This document shows positions 37,553-48,052 of a DNA stretch of 64,000 bases, piece by piece. The stretch is taken from NCBI GenBank assembly GCA_029263075.1, contig JAJCYE010000071.1:11014-75013 (forward strand), in the 5' to 3' direction. Numbering within the stretch: position 1 is the first letter of the stretch; each line of letters starts with the position of its first letter. The translations under genes and the position numbers were made by a program. This DNA is from Actinomycetes bacterium (GTDB lineage: Bacteria; Actinomycetota; CADDZG01; JAHWKV01). The notes beneath the pieces were generated by a model. It was given only the letters and a program-made list of their open reading frames with translations, was not told where the DNA came from and did no database searches.

Positions 37553-38562
37553 TTGCGGAGATCTTGGGGAACGGTTACGTCCAGCTGGGCATGAAGCTCG
37601 GCGTGTTGATGATCCTGCTCCCTGCGACGCTTGCCCTGGGCTGGGTGGAGCTGAAAATCGGCGCCCACATGCAGGCGCGCATGGGCCCGATGTATCCCGG
37701 CGGTTTCCACGGCTGGGCTCAGACCCTTGCCGACGGCATCAAGTTCGTCCTGAAGGAGAACATCATCCCGAAGAACGCCGACAAGAGCGTGTTTTCGATG
37801 GTGCCTTACGTGACGATGCTAGGCGCCGCCCTTATTTATGTCGTGATCCCCGCCGGGGAGAACCTGGTGATCGAGAACCTGGAAGTGGGCGTGTTCTACG
37901 TGCTCGCCGCCTCTTCGATCGGGGTCATCGGCGTTTTGATGGCCGGTTGGGCGTCGGCCAACAAGTACTCGATGATGGGGGCCCTGCGAGCGGCTGCCCA
38001 GCTGATCGCCTACGAACTCCCCCTGGTGCTTGCCGCGGCCGCGGTTGCGATGATGGCGGGTTCGTTGTCGCTGGTGGACATCGTGGAAGGCCAGAAGCAG
38101 ATTGTCCTGGCCGGCTTCTACATCCCCTTCTTGCCCTTCCAAATCATCGGATTTGTCATCTTCCTCATTGCAGCCACGGCAGAGATGACGCGGCCTCCGT
38201 TTGACATGCCGGTGGCGGAAGCGGAACTGATTACCGGAGCTTTCACCGAGTACACCGGGATCCGGTTCGCCTTCAGCCTTTTCGCCGCCGAATACATCAC
38301 GATGATCGGGTTGTCGGCCTTCGGAGCCACCATGTTCCTCGGGGGATATGCGCCGTTGCACACCGCGCTTGAGTTCATCCCCGGTATCGTGTGGCTGCTG
38401 GCCAAGACCGGCACGATCCTGTTTCTTTTGATCTGGATTCGCTGGACCTTCCCCCGCCTTCGGGAGGACCAGCTGCAGAAGTTCGCCTGGAAGGTTCTGA
38501 TCCCCCTGTCGCTGGTGAACATCTTCATCACCGGCGCCCTGAAGCTGACCCCGTGGATCTAG
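37549..38562 (+). CDS. nuoH: NADH-quinone oxidoreductase subunit H
   Basis: 337 aa, 8 [14 protein letters not shown] motif. Directly follows nuoD with a 4-nt overlap, so nuoE, F and G are absent. Confidence 0.9.
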   Translation: MIAEILGNGYVQLGMKLGVLMILLPATLALGWVELKIGAHMQARMGPMYPGGFHGWAQTLADGIKFVLKENIIPKNADKSVFSMVPYVTMLGAALIYVVIPAGENLVIENLEVGVFYVLAASSIGVIGVLMAGWASANKYSMMGALRAAAQLIAYELPLVLAAAAVAMMAGSLSLVDIVEGQKQIVLAGFYIPFLPFQIIGFVIFLIAATAEMTRPPFDMPVAEAELITGAFTEYTGIRFAFSLFAAEYITMIGLSAFGATMFLGGYAPLHTALEFIPGIVWLLAKTGTILFLLIWIRWTFPRLREDQLQKFAWKVLIPLSLVNIFITGALKLTPWI

Positions 38563-38570
38563 GAGACGAT

Positions 38571-39164
38571 ATGTCAGTCGCAGAGAACCGAGTCGACGAG
38601 CTGGTCACCCGCGAAGAGATAAAAACTCTTTCGCCGGGCGAGGCCAAGCGCACGACGTACGGCATAGGTCTTATCAAGGGCCTGGGCATCACGTTGCGCC
38701 ACATGCTCAAGCCCGCAATCACCATTCAATACCCGGACGTTGTCGACGAGCTGCCGGCACGGTCGCGTGGCGTCATCGCACTCAAGCAGGAGAACTGCAC
38801 GGTGTGCATGCTCTGCGCCCGCGAGTGCCCGGACTGGTGCATCTATATAGAAGGACACAAAGAGGCGCGGGAGAGCGTTGCCGGCAAGAGGGCGAAGAAG
38901 TTCAACGTCCTGGACCGGTTCGCCATCGACTATGCCCTGTGTATGTACTGCGGCATCTGCGTGGAGGTCTGTCCGTACGACGCGCTTTTCTGGGGCCAGG
39001 AGGACAACTACTCCGAACACGACGTAGTAGGGCTCACCCACGAGATGGACAAGTTGAGCCAGTGGATGTACAACGTGCCGCCTCCGGTTGAGTTGGAGCT
39101 GGGTGCGATGGGCCCCGAGGTCAAACCACTCCCGACTGCCGCCCCGGCCAAGGAAGGGTCTTAG
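38571..39164 (+). CDS. nuoI: NADH-quinone oxidoreductase subunit I
   Basis: Two 4Fe-4S motifs [12 protein letters not shown] and [15 protein letters not shown] after AGGAG; track ORF has a non-homologous upstream extension. Confidence 0.9.
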   Translation: MSVAENRVDELVTREEIKTLSPGEAKRTTYGIGLIKGLGITLRHMLKPAITIQYPDVVDELPARSRGVIALKQENCTVCMLCARECPDWCIYIEGHKEARESVAGKRAKKFNVLDRFAIDYALCMYCGICVEVCPYDALFWGQEDNYSEHDVVGLTHEMDKLSQWMYNVPPPVELELGAMGPEVKPLPTAAPAKEGS

Positions 39165-39165
39165 C

Positions 39166-39651
39166 GTGCAGGGACTCATCTTTCTGGTGGTCGCCGCCAC
39201 CTCGGGTTTCGCCGCGGTGCGCCTGGTGACCAACAAGAACCTGGTGCACGCCGCCCTCTACCTGGTGGTGACCCTGATGGGTATGGCGATCATCTTCCTG
39301 CTGCTTACGGCGGAGTTCGTCGCCTGGGTGCAGGTGCTCATCTACGTCGGAGCCGTGATCGTATTGTTGCTCTTCGGGCTGATGCTTACCCGGGCGCAGA
39401 TCGGCAAGACTGCCCTGGACCGTCAGCAACGTTGGGTGGCGGGTCCGGTGGCGTTGGTGTTGTTCGGGGTCACCGCTCCGGTGCTGTGGAGGTTCTTCGA
39501 CGGCCGGACGATCAGTCTGGACCGGCAGAGCGGCAACACCGAAGCTTTGGGGACCGAGATCTTCACCAAGTTCGTCCTGCCCTTCGAGGTAGTGTCCGTT
39601 TTGTTGCTGGCTGCCCTGGTGGGCGCCGTCTTCCTGGCGAAAAAGGATTAG
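39166..39651 (+). CDS. nuoJ: NADH-quinone oxidoreductase subunit J
   Basis: GTG start VQGLIFLVVAA. 5 TM. Confidence 0.8.
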   Translation: MQGLIFLVVAATSGFAAVRLVTNKNLVHAALYLVVTLMGMAIIFLLLTAEFVAWVQVLIYVGAVIVLLLFGLMLTRAQIGKTALDRQQRWVAGPVALVLFGVTAPVLWRFFDGRTISLDRQSGNTEALGTEIFTKFVLPFEVVSVLLLAALVGAVFLAKKD

Positions 39652-39654
39652 GGA

Positions 39655-39960
39655 ATGCCTCTGAACTGGGTCCTGGTCCTGACCACCTTCTTGTTTTGTG
39701 TCGGCGTCTACGGTGTGCTGGCCCGAAGGAATGCGGTCATCGTCTTGATGTCGATCGAGATCATGCTGAACGCGGTAAACCTCAACCTCATCGCCTTCAA
39801 CGGCGCGCTGGAGGGGGACCGGCTGATAGGGCAAGTTTTTGCCCTGTTCGTGATCGCCATCGCGGCGGCCGAGTTGGGCGTCGGGTTGGCCATCGTTCTT
39901 TTGATCTATCGCAACAGCTTCACGGTTTCTCTGGATGAGGTGAATCTGCTCAAATGGTGA
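39655..39960 (+). CDS. nuoK: NADH-quinone oxidoreductase subunit K
   Basis: 101 aa, 3 TM. SIEIMLNAVNLN motif. Confidence 0.9.
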   Translation: MPLNWVLVLTTFLFCVGVYGVLARRNAVIVLMSIEIMLNAVNLNLIAFNGALEGDRLIGQVFALFVIAIAAAELGVGLAIVLLIYRNSFTVSLDEVNLLKW

Positions 39961-41999
39961 CAACTCTCGCAACTGCGGCAGAGCACGGAGCGGAAGTTGC
40001 CGCCTCCACCGGCGCTCCCCTGGAGATGGCCTGGCTGATCCCGATCATTCCTATGGTCTCGGCCGCGGTGATCTGGGGCGTGGGCAAAAGATTCCCCAAA
40101 AAGGGAGCCGAGATCGGCATCCTGGCGATGCTGGCGGTCCTTGCCGGCGCGCTGGTGGTCTTCTTTGACACCATCGGTCACATCGCGGCGGACGAGGGCT
40201 GGCACGGCTACGAGAGGGCCGTCACCTGGATGAACTTCGGGCCCGGGACCACCCTGGAACTCGGGTTCAAGGTCGACGGACTCGCTGCAGTGCTGCTTGT
40301 CGTGGTCGGGGTCGTGGCCACCATGGTCCACCTCTACGCCTCCTCCTATATGCACGACGAGGTGCGGGTCACCCACTTCTTTGCTTCGCTCTCGCTGTTC
40401 ACCGCTTCGATGTTGAACCTGGTCCTGGCCAACAACACCATTCAAATGCTGGTCGGCTGGGAGGGTATGGGCGTCTGCTCCTACCTGCTCATCGGCCACT
40501 GGTGGGAAAAACACGAGAACTCGTCGGCGGCCATCAAGGCGTTCCTCACCACCCGGGTGGGCGATGTCGGGTTCATGTTGGGGATCTTCGTTTTGTTCTG
40601 GGGCGCCCAAAGCTTCAACGTCGGGGTCATCTCCGAGATGGCAACCGCAGGCGATATCGCCAAGGGCACCCTGACGGTCGGAGCGATCCTGCTGTTCTGC
40701 GGCGCCATCGGCAAGTCGGCGCAATTCCCTCTCCACACGTGGCTGCCCGACGCAATGGCCGGCCCGACGCCGGTTTCTGCCCTGATCCACGCCGCAACCA
40801 TGGTTGTGGCAGGCGTCTACCTGGTGGCCCGGATGTTCCCCGTGTTTGCCGCGGCTGCTCCGGTGGCGCTGGAAGAGGTGGCGATCATCGGGTCGATCAC
40901 CATGCTGATCGCCGCGCTGCTGGCGCTGGTGCAGGACGACCTCAAGAAAGTTTTGGCCTACTCGACCATCTCCCAACTCGGCTACATGATCGCCGGCCTC
41001 GGAGTGCACGCCTACACCGCAAGCGTTTTTCACATCTGGACTCACGCCTGGTTCAAGGCCCTGCTCTTTTTGGGAGCCGGTTCGGTGATCCATGCGGTGC
41101 ACTCCAACAAGATGAGTGACATGGGCGGGCTCTACAAGAAGATGCCGGTCACCTCAATCACCTACATCATCGGCGGGTTGGCCCTTGCCGGGTTCCCTCC
41201 GTTCGCAGGGTTCTGGTCCAAGGACGAACTGGTCCTGGGTGCCTACACGCAGGCGATGGAGGGCAGCGGGGCAGCCATGTTCACCTTCATTGCCATGCTG
41301 GTCACCGCTTTCCTGACGGCCCTGTACGTCGCCCGGATGCTGGCGCTCACGTTCTTCGGTAAGCCGAAGTACGACGAGAAGCACGTCCACCCACACGAGA
41401 GCCCCAAGCTGATGATCGTTCCGCTGATGATCCTGGCCGCGCTTGCGGTTGCCGGCGGCTGGGTCGGTCTGCCCGGCGAGATGAACCAGTTCGGCAAGTG
41501 GGTGCACCTGCCCGGTTCCGAACACGAGCCGTTCAACATGATGATCGCGGTGGTGTCGACCGGCGCAGCCCTGGCAGGCTTCGGCATCGGATGGGCGATC
41601 TTCCGATTGGGCAAGGTCAAGGTTGACCTGCAGAAGACGGCCCTGGCGCCGGTATACAAGCTGCTGGTCAACAAGTACTACCTGGACGACATCTACTGGA
41701 AGTTCATCGTTCGGCCGGTGCGTGACCGCCTCTCGGCTGCGGCCTACTGGATCAACATGAAGGTCCTGGACGGTGCGGTCAACGCAGCGGGGATCGTTGC
41801 AGTCAAAACCGGCGATTTCATGTACCGGGACGTCGACCAGGGCCTTATCGACGGCGGGGTGAACAACCTGGCCGGTCTTATGGGGCTGGCGGGCAGCAAG
41901 TTGAAGTTTTGGCAGACCGGCAACATGCAGCGGTACGCCGCGGCGATGTTCCTCGGGGTCGCCGTGCTGGTCGGCGCATTCGTATTTTTCCGAATTTAG
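39954..41999 (+). CDS. nuoL: NADH-quinone oxidoreductase subunit L
   Basis: 681 aa antiporter-like subunit with long C-terminal amphipathic region. Confidence 0.9.
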   Translation: MVTTLATAAEHGAEVAASTGAPLEMAWLIPIIPMVSAAVIWGVGKRFPKKGAEIGILAMLAVLAGALVVFFDTIGHIAADEGWHGYERAVTWMNFGPGTTLELGFKVDGLAAVLLVVVGVVATMVHLYASSYMHDEVRVTHFFASLSLFTASMLNLVLANNTIQMLVGWEGMGVCSYLLIGHWWEKHENSSAAIKAFLTTRVGDVGFMLGIFVLFWGAQSFNVGVISEMATAGDIAKGTLTVGAILLFCGAIGKSAQFPLHTWLPDAMAGPTPVSALIHAATMVVAGVYLVARMFPVFAAAAPVALEEVAIIGSITMLIAALLALVQDDLKKVLAYSTISQLGYMIAGLGVHAYTASVFHIWTHAWFKALLFLGAGSVIHAVHSNKMSDMGGLYKKMPVTSITYIIGGLALAGFPPFAGFWSKDELVLGAYTQAMEGSGAAMFTFIAMLVTAFLTALYVARMLALTFFGKPKYDEKHVHPHESPKLMIVPLMILAALAVAGGWVGLPGEMNQFGKWVHLPGSEHEPFNMMIAVVSTGAALAGFGIGWAIFRLGKVKVDLQKTALAPVYKLLVNKYYLDDIYWKFIVRPVRDRLSAAAYWINMKVLDGAVNAAGIVAVKTGDFMYRDVDQGLIDGGVNNLAGLMGLAGSKLKFWQTGNMQRYAAAMFLGVAVLVGAFVFFRI

Positions 42000-42018
42000 T
42001 TAGACAGACGGAGGGGCT

Positions 42019-43584
42019 ATGAACTTGGTTGAAGAGTGGGGAATCACGTTGGCGGTGTTTCTGCCACTGCTTGGGGCGATTGTTATCGTCCTGACGCCCA
42101 AGGGAATGGAAAGCATCCAGAAGGTCCTGGCCCTGGCGGCCACGGGCGCAGCCCTGCTCGTCGGTCTGGCTCTAACCTTTGCCTTCGAGCACGGCGAACC
42201 GGGGATGCAGTTCGAAAAGTCTCTTTCCTGGATCCCGTCGATCGACTCCAATTACCACGTCGGGATCGACGGCATCTCACTGCCTCTGCTCGTGCTGAGC
42301 GTTCTGGTGTGCTTCCTGTGCATCATTTACGCTTGCTGGCACATCCCGGAGCCCGGCAACGCCAAGGCCTTCCTGGCGCTGATCCTGCTGCTCGAGACCG
42401 GCATGAACGGGTCCTTCATCGCACTGGACCTGGTGCTGTTCTTCGTCTTCTGGGAACTGGTGCTGGTCCCTATGTACTTCTTGATCGGCATCTGGGGCGG
42501 CGAGAACCGCCAGTACGCCTCCATAAAGTTCTTCTTGTACACGCTGTTCGGGAGTGTCTTTATGCTCCTGGGTTTCCTGGCGCTGTACTTCCAATCCGAC
42601 CCCCACACCTTCGACATGCTGCTGCTGCAAGAGTCGGGCGTTTTGGACATCCCGGCCGGTTTGGCGAGCCTGATCTTCGGCGGTTTGGCACTCGGCTTCG
42701 CGGTCAAGGTTCCGATGTGGCCGTTCCACACCTGGCTCCCTGACGCCCACACCCAGGCCCCGACCATCGGTTCGGTGCTACTGGCGGCCGTCTTGCTGAA
42801 GATGGGTACCTACGGCTTCATGCGTATTGCCATCCCGATCCTTCCCGGACCGGCGATGCAGTTCGCTCCGGTCATCGCGGTCCTGGCGGCGATTGCAATT
42901 GTCTACGGCGCGTTGTGTTGTCTGGCCCAGACGAACCTGAAGCGGATGATCGCCTTCTCGTCTGTGGGGCATATGGGTTTTGTGATGCTCGGCATATCGA
43001 CAATGACCCCCGAGGGGTTCAATGCCGCGGTCTTCGGCATGGTCGCCCACGGCGTGGTCACCGGCATGTTGTTCTTCCTGGCGGGATCTATTAAAGAGCG
43101 GTACCACACCTACGAAATGCCTGAACTGGCCGGCATGGGGTTGAAAATCCCCAAGATGGCGGGGTTGTTGGCCTTCTGTGCCATCGCGTCTTTGGGTCTG
43201 CCGGGTCTCGCCGGTTTCTGGGGTGAGGTCATGGCGCTGCTTGCCTCCTACCAGCCTCTTGAGGGGCTCGACCCCACCATCTTCCGGGGGGCTATGGTTG
43301 TCGGCGCTATCGGCACCGTGCTGACGGCCGGGTACTTCTTGTGGATGCTGCAGCGGGTCAACATGGGCAAAATCTCCGAGAAATGGAAGAAGGTCAAGCT
43401 GGCCGATGTGGAGACGCTGGAGTACGCGGCGTGGCTGCCGCTGCTGGCGTTGATCCTGGTTCTGGGGCTTTACCCCCGGCTGATCATGGACACCACCACC
43501 AGTTCGGTCACCGCCCTTACCGAGACCATCACCGGGCGTAGCTCCGGGGATGACGCCCATGTCGCTCAGGTGACCGACCACTAA
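42019..43584 (+). CDS. nuoM: NADH-quinone oxidoreductase subunit M
   Basis: 521 aa antiporter-like subunit. Confidence 0.9.
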   Translation: MNLVEEWGITLAVFLPLLGAIVIVLTPKGMESIQKVLALAATGAALLVGLALTFAFEHGEPGMQFEKSLSWIPSIDSNYHVGIDGISLPLLVLSVLVCFLCIIYACWHIPEPGNAKAFLALILLLETGMNGSFIALDLVLFFVFWELVLVPMYFLIGIWGGENRQYASIKFFLYTLFGSVFMLLGFLALYFQSDPHTFDMLLLQESGVLDIPAGLASLIFGGLALGFAVKVPMWPFHTWLPDAHTQAPTIGSVLLAAVLLKMGTYGFMRIAIPILPGPAMQFAPVIAVLAAIAIVYGALCCLAQTNLKRMIAFSSVGHMGFVMLGISTMTPEGFNAAVFGMVAHGVVTGMLFFLAGSIKERYHTYEMPELAGMGLKIPKMAGLLAFCAIASLGLPGLAGFWGEVMALLASYQPLEGLDPTIFRGAMVVGAIGTVLTAGYFLWMLQRVNMGKISEKWKKVKLADVETLEYAAWLPLLALILVLGLYPRLIMDTTTSSVTALTETITGRSSGDDAHVAQVTDH

Positions 43585-45032
43585 TGGACGTTAATTTCGA
43601 AGCGCTACTCCCGGAACTGCTGCTGACGCTCGTAGCTTGCGGCGTCATGACCATCGACCTGTTCCTTCCCAAAGAAAAACGGGGTTTGGCTTTCCCGCTG
43701 GCATTCATCGGGGTGCTGGCGACACTGGCGGCGGTCCTGAATCTCTACGGACAGAACCTGACCACGCTGGACGGGATGTTCGTGGTCGACAGGTTTGCCG
43801 TGATTTTCAAAATCATCTTCTGTGTCGCCGCCCTGCTGGTCTTTGCCGTGTCGCAGGCCTATCTCAACGACGACAAGGACGTCCCGCACGGCGAGTACTA
43901 CACGATGATGTTGTTCTCGCTCCTGGGCATGCTGACAATCGCGTCGAGCCGGGACCTGATCGCCATTTTCGTGGCGCTGGAGATGATTTCGCTTCCCGCC
44001 TTTATCCTGGCCGGGATCCGCAAGTACGACATCCGCTCCAATGAGGCGGCACTCAAGTTCTTCTTGTTCGGCGTCCTGTCCACCGCGTTGATGCTTTTCG
44101 GGATGTCTCTGTTCTACGGACTGACTGGCGCCACCAACCTGGCGGACATCTCGGCCGGGCTGGCCGGGCGCACCGATATCGACGAAGTGGCCCTTTTGGC
44201 GATCCTGTTTTTGATCGTCGGGTTTGGGTTTAAGGTCTCCGCCTTCCCGTTCCAGTGGTGGGTACCCGACACCTACGAGGGTGCCCCGATCCCGGTGGCG
44301 GCATTCTTGTCGGTGGCGTCGAAGACGGCGGGGTTCGTTGGTTTGTTCCAGGTTATGTTCTTGGGGCTGGGAGAACTTGCCGACATGTGGAGGCCGATGT
44401 TCGCGGTCATAGGCATCGTCACGATGACCTTCGGCAACCTGGTGGCCATCCAGCAGAAGCAGATCGTCCGCCTTTTGGCTTATTCATCGATCGCCCAGGC
44501 GGGTTACATGCTGGTCCCGCTGGGCGTTGCAAGCGCTACCGACGGTGCCCTCAACACCCAGATCATCTTCTCCGTGGTGGCCTACCTGCTGGTCTACGCC
44601 TTTATGGAGACCGGCGCCTTCGCGGCGGCGACCGCATTCGGCCGCAAAACCGGCAAGTACCTGATCGAGGACTATGCCGGGCTGTTCGGCCGCTCTCCGG
44701 CTCTGGCCGTTGCCATGGCGGCCTTCTTGTTCTCGCTGGCGGGGATCCCGCCGTTCGCCGGTTGGTGGGCCAAGTTCGTCATATTCAAGACTCTGATTGA
44801 AGGCGACGGGTTGGTCCTGGCCGTGATTATGGCCCTCAACACCGTGATCGCCATGTTCTTCTACCTGGCGGTAGTCAAGAAGATGTTCGTCGACAAATCG
44901 GAGGACACCGCGGCAATTGCGATGCCGCGGTCGCTGGCCGGTGCTATCGGTATTGCCGCGATCGTCATCACGGTAGGAGGGTTCCTGCCGAACCTGTTCG
45001 GTCAGCTGGCGGAGAACGCCAACTTCTTCTAG
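43584..45032 (+). CDS. nuoN: NADH-quinone oxidoreductase subunit N
   Basis: 482 aa antiporter-like subunit. ATGG-type overlap with nuoM. Confidence 0.9.
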   Translation: MDVNFEALLPELLLTLVACGVMTIDLFLPKEKRGLAFPLAFIGVLATLAAVLNLYGQNLTTLDGMFVVDRFAVIFKIIFCVAALLVFAVSQAYLNDDKDVPHGEYYTMMLFSLLGMLTIASSRDLIAIFVALEMISLPAFILAGIRKYDIRSNEAALKFFLFGVLSTALMLFGMSLFYGLTGATNLADISAGLAGRTDIDEVALLAILFLIVGFGFKVSAFPFQWWVPDTYEGAPIPVAAFLSVASKTAGFVGLFQVMFLGLGELADMWRPMFAVIGIVTMTFGNLVAIQQKQIVRLLAYSSIAQAGYMLVPLGVASATDGALNTQIIFSVVAYLLVYAFMETGAFAAATAFGRKTGKYLIEDYAGLFGRSPALAVAMAAFLFSLAGIPPFAGWWAKFVIFKTLIEGDGLVLAVIMALNTVIAMFFYLAVVKKMFVDKSEDTAAIAMPRSLAGAIGIAAIVITVGGFLPNLFGQLAENANFF

Positions 45033-45529
45033 AGCTCTTTGCGGTAGAACCAGTAGGGCGGTGCGCCCCGTTTGGTTAAGCCCTGCTCCCGGTGAAAGCC
45101 CATGCTGGAGAACAGCCCTTGGGCCGCGCTCATGTGGCCGCCCACTATGGCTCCAAGGATTGCGGCTTCGGGGCCGGCTCGGTCGATGCAGGCCTGGACC
45201 AGCGCCCGGCCGACGCCCGCTCGGCGGTTGGCCGGGGAGACGGCCAGTAGGTCGACCGAAGCCCACGATGCCGGCACAGGCTTGACCGACCTACCCGCCG
45301 GCCGGAAGGCCACCGAACCCACCGGGTTGCCGTCTTCACGTACGACCAGGAAGTCGGCGTCGCCGTCGGCCGTATCCAAGTTGGTCAGCCGCCGAACGAC
45401 TTCCGGCCAAACTTCCGCCCCCAGGTCTACCGAGAACTCCCGGTAAGCCCACACGTTGAGGTGTGCGATGGCTATGGAGTCGGCGGACGTCGCCGGTTCA
45501 ACTTCGAAGCTTCGGGAGGGATCGGGCAT
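45029..45529 (-). CDS. GNAT family N-acetyltransferase
   Basis: RRAGVGRALVQACIDRA acetyl-CoA binding motif. Confidence 0.75.
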   Translation of the reverse strand: MPDPSRSFEVEPATSADSIAIAHLNVWAYREFSVDLGAEVWPEVVRRLTNLDTADGDADFLVVREDGNPVGSVAFRPAGRSVKPVPASWASVDLLAVSPANRRAGVGRALVQACIDRAGPEAAILGAIVGGHMSAAQGLFSSMGFHREQGLTKRGAPPYWFYRKEL

Positions 45530-45564
45530 CTGGTCACCTTACCCTCGAAGCGTGACGCGGGGTG

Positions 45565-47862
45565 TCAGTCCTCCAGGCTGTGCAGAATTGCCCTCTGGAG
45601 CTCGCCAAGTGTGTACTCGTCGGCGATCTTGTTGCCGTCCCGTCCCCGAATATAGAAAGAGTCGACAACCTTGCCGCCCATGGTCTGGACTTTTGCGGAT
45701 CGGATGTCCAGGTCCAGGTCGACGAGAGCCCGGGTGATCCGGTAGAGCACCCCCACGCCGTCGGGTGCGTGGACCTCCACGACCGTTGCCGACTGCGAGG
45801 TGTTGTTGTCGAACCGCACGGAAGCCTCAATCGGGCTGCGGGTAGTCGGCTTCTTGCGCCCGTAGGTCCGGGCCCGTTCGGCGACCCTGGCCTGCAGCGC
45901 AAGCCCGCCTCCCAGTGCCAGGCCGAGGTCCTTGCGGACCTTGTCCCAGGGTGTGACGTCCCGGCGCGGGTCGGCAACCTGGAACTGAGCCAGAGCGCGG
46001 TCGTCGTCGCTCGAGTAGGCGCTGGCGGTCAGTACATCCAGCCCGTGCAACGCCAGCACCCCGGCGACCCGGCTAAAGGTGCCGGGCCGGTCGGCGGTGT
46101 AGACCGTAACCAACGAGTCACCGGCCTCGATGATTTCCTCCGGCCGGGCCAGCTTGTCCAGTTGCGGATCGGTGGGGAACGCGTCGCCGGAGAAGGAGTC
46201 CGCCGGCGCTCCTTTGAGGACCCGGTCCACGCGGCTCACCAATTCGGCTACCAGCGACGATTTCCACGGACTCCACGCCGAGGGACCTGTAGCCAGCGAG
46301 TCGGCTTCGGTCAGGGCCCAAAGCTGCGCCAGGCGTTCAGGGTTGCCGACCTTCCCGCCCACCGTCTTTAGGGTTCCCGGGTCATCCAGGTCTCGCCGGG
46401 TGGCGGCGTCGGGCAACAACAGGTGATACCTGACCATTTCGCCGAACGACTCGACGTCTTCGGGGGGGAAGCCCATCCGGGCGGTCATGGTCTTGATCAA
46501 GTCGGCGCCCACGATGCTGTGGTCGCCCGGGTAACCCTTGCCGATGTCGTGCAGGACCGCCACCACCATCAACATGTCGACGCGGCTGACTCTGGAGGTC
46601 AGGCGGGACGCCTGGGCCGCGGTCTCCAGCAGGTGCCGGTCGACCGTGAACAGGTGGTAGGCATTGTGCTGCGGCCTGGCCTGAACCGGCCTCCACTCCG
46701 GCAGGAGCCTGAGCCACAGGCCCCGCTGGTCTAGAGCTTCAATCACGCGGATCGCGGGCTGGCCCACCAGCAGGAGGTCGACGAAGAGCTTCAGCAGTTC
46801 CGAGGGCCACGGCTCCGGGACGGGGGGCGGATCGGCGGCTACCAGTCGTTCCAGAGAATGTCTCTCGATGACCGTCTCCCGGGTGGCCGCGGCGAGGGCC
46901 ACCTTGAGGGGCAGGAGGGGGTCGGACCAGGGGGCGTCATCGGTCAGTTCCACCTCGCCGTCCTTGAGGACTATTCCTTTGCCGAGCACCCGGGCCCGGC
47001 CGGCGGCCCGGCTCACCTTGCCCCTGAGGTCCGATCGGATCCGGCGCCACGCGTCATCGCTGGTCCAGGCGATCAGCCGAGCCGACTCCGCGATGCGGTT
47101 CATCATCGAGTCGGCGTCTTTGTCGCCCAGCGCCAGCGCCACAGCCGGCTGTTCTTGCAGTGCAAGCACGTTGTTAGGCCGTCCAGTGAGCCGTTGCAAC
47201 TCCACCCGGGCGTCCAGGATGACTGCGTAGGCTTTGGTCAGGGCCTCGGCGTCGTGCTCCAGCAGGACCCGATGCGAAGCGCCGGCCCAACCGAGGGCGT
47301 GGACGTCCCTCAGCCCGCCCCGGCCCTCTTTCAAGTCCGGTTCCAGCCGGAACGCCACCTCGCCGAACTTGGCATGCCGCTCCTCCGTCCTGTCGGCCAG
47401 CAGCGACAGCCACCGTTTTGACCTGCGTTCCCACTGAGCCCCCGCACCAACTCCGAGCTGGGCCGATAGGGAAGCGTCTCCGGCGACATGGCGGGCGCTC
47501 AGGAGGGCGGTGGCGGTGTCCAGGTCTTCGTCGGCCAGTGCCAGGGCCTCCTTGACCGTTGACACGCTCTGACCCAACTTCAGTCCCTGGTCCCAGATGG
47601 GATACCAGATCCGGTCGGCCACCGATCTGAGGTCGGGGATCTTGTCGTGGACCAGCATCACGTCTATGTCGCTGCCCGGACACAACTCCGAACGACCGTA
47701 GCCGCCGATTGCCACCAGCGCCAAGCCCCGGGGTTCGCCGGAGTCGGACGCGACCTTGAGTAGTTCGGCCAGCCAGGCGTCCATGAGATCGCTGTGTGCG
47801 CGGCACCAGGAAGCGCCGGTCACGGTGTCGTCGGCAAGAAGGAGTTCGCGTTCGGGGACCAT
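45565..47862 (-). CDS. glnD: [protein-PII] uridylyl/adenylyl-transferase GlnD (NTase + HD + 2 ACT domains)
   Basis: LVAIGGYGRSELCPGSDIDV NTase motif. HD domain (VAVLHDIGKG). Two C-terminal ACT-like repeats. Confidence 0.85.
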   Translation of the reverse strand: MVPERELLLADDTVTGASWCRAHSDLMDAWLAELLKVASDSGEPRGLALVAIGGYGRSELCPGSDIDVMLVHDKIPDLRSVADRIWYPIWDQGLKLGQSVSTVKEALALADEDLDTATALLSARHVAGDASLSAQLGVGAGAQWERRSKRWLSLLADRTEERHAKFGEVAFRLEPDLKEGRGGLRDVHALGWAGASHRVLLEHDAEALTKAYAVILDARVELQRLTGRPNNVLALQEQPAVALALGDKDADSMMNRIAESARLIAWTSDDAWRRIRSDLRGKVSRAAGRARVLGKGIVLKDGEVELTDDAPWSDPLLPLKVALAAATRETVIERHSLERLVAADPPPVPEPWPSELLKLFVDLLLVGQPAIRVIEALDQRGLWLRLLPEWRPVQARPQHNAYHLFTVDRHLLETAAQASRLTSRVSRVDMLMVVAVLHDIGKGYPGDHSIVGADLIKTMTARMGFPPEDVESFGEMVRYHLLLPDAATRRDLDDPGTLKTVGGKVGNPERLAQLWALTEADSLATGPSAWSPWKSSLVAELVSRVDRVLKGAPADSFSGDAFPTDPQLDKLARPEEIIEAGDSLVTVYTADRPGTFSRVAGVLALHGLDVLTASAYSSDDDRALAQFQVADPRRDVTPWDKVRKDLGLALGGGLALQARVAERARTYGRKKPTTRSPIEASVRFDNNTSQSATVVEVHAPDGVGVLYRITRALVDLDLDIRSAKVQTMGGKVVDSFYIRGRDGNKIADEYTLGELQRAILHSLED

Positions 47863-48052
47863 GGCGGAAGGGTATTCCGAGACGGAAGGGTTGGACTCCC
47901 GATTTGCCCCTCCTTGCTCAGAATTGACACGGAGTTAACGCATCGGGGATCCTCCGCTAACAGTTGGTCCCGGCGATTTTTACCGTTTTCTAAGCGCAGT
48001 TCCCCGAGTTATCGACGCCCTCGGTCGTACTCTGGATTCAAGAGGTGATGAC

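Noticed and set aside
45565-47806. Multiple plus-strand and alternate-frame ORFs inside glnD (e.g. 45562..46371, 46858..47421, 47174..47806)
   Set aside because: These are shadow ORFs in high-GC DNA. The GlnD frame has the domain architecture.
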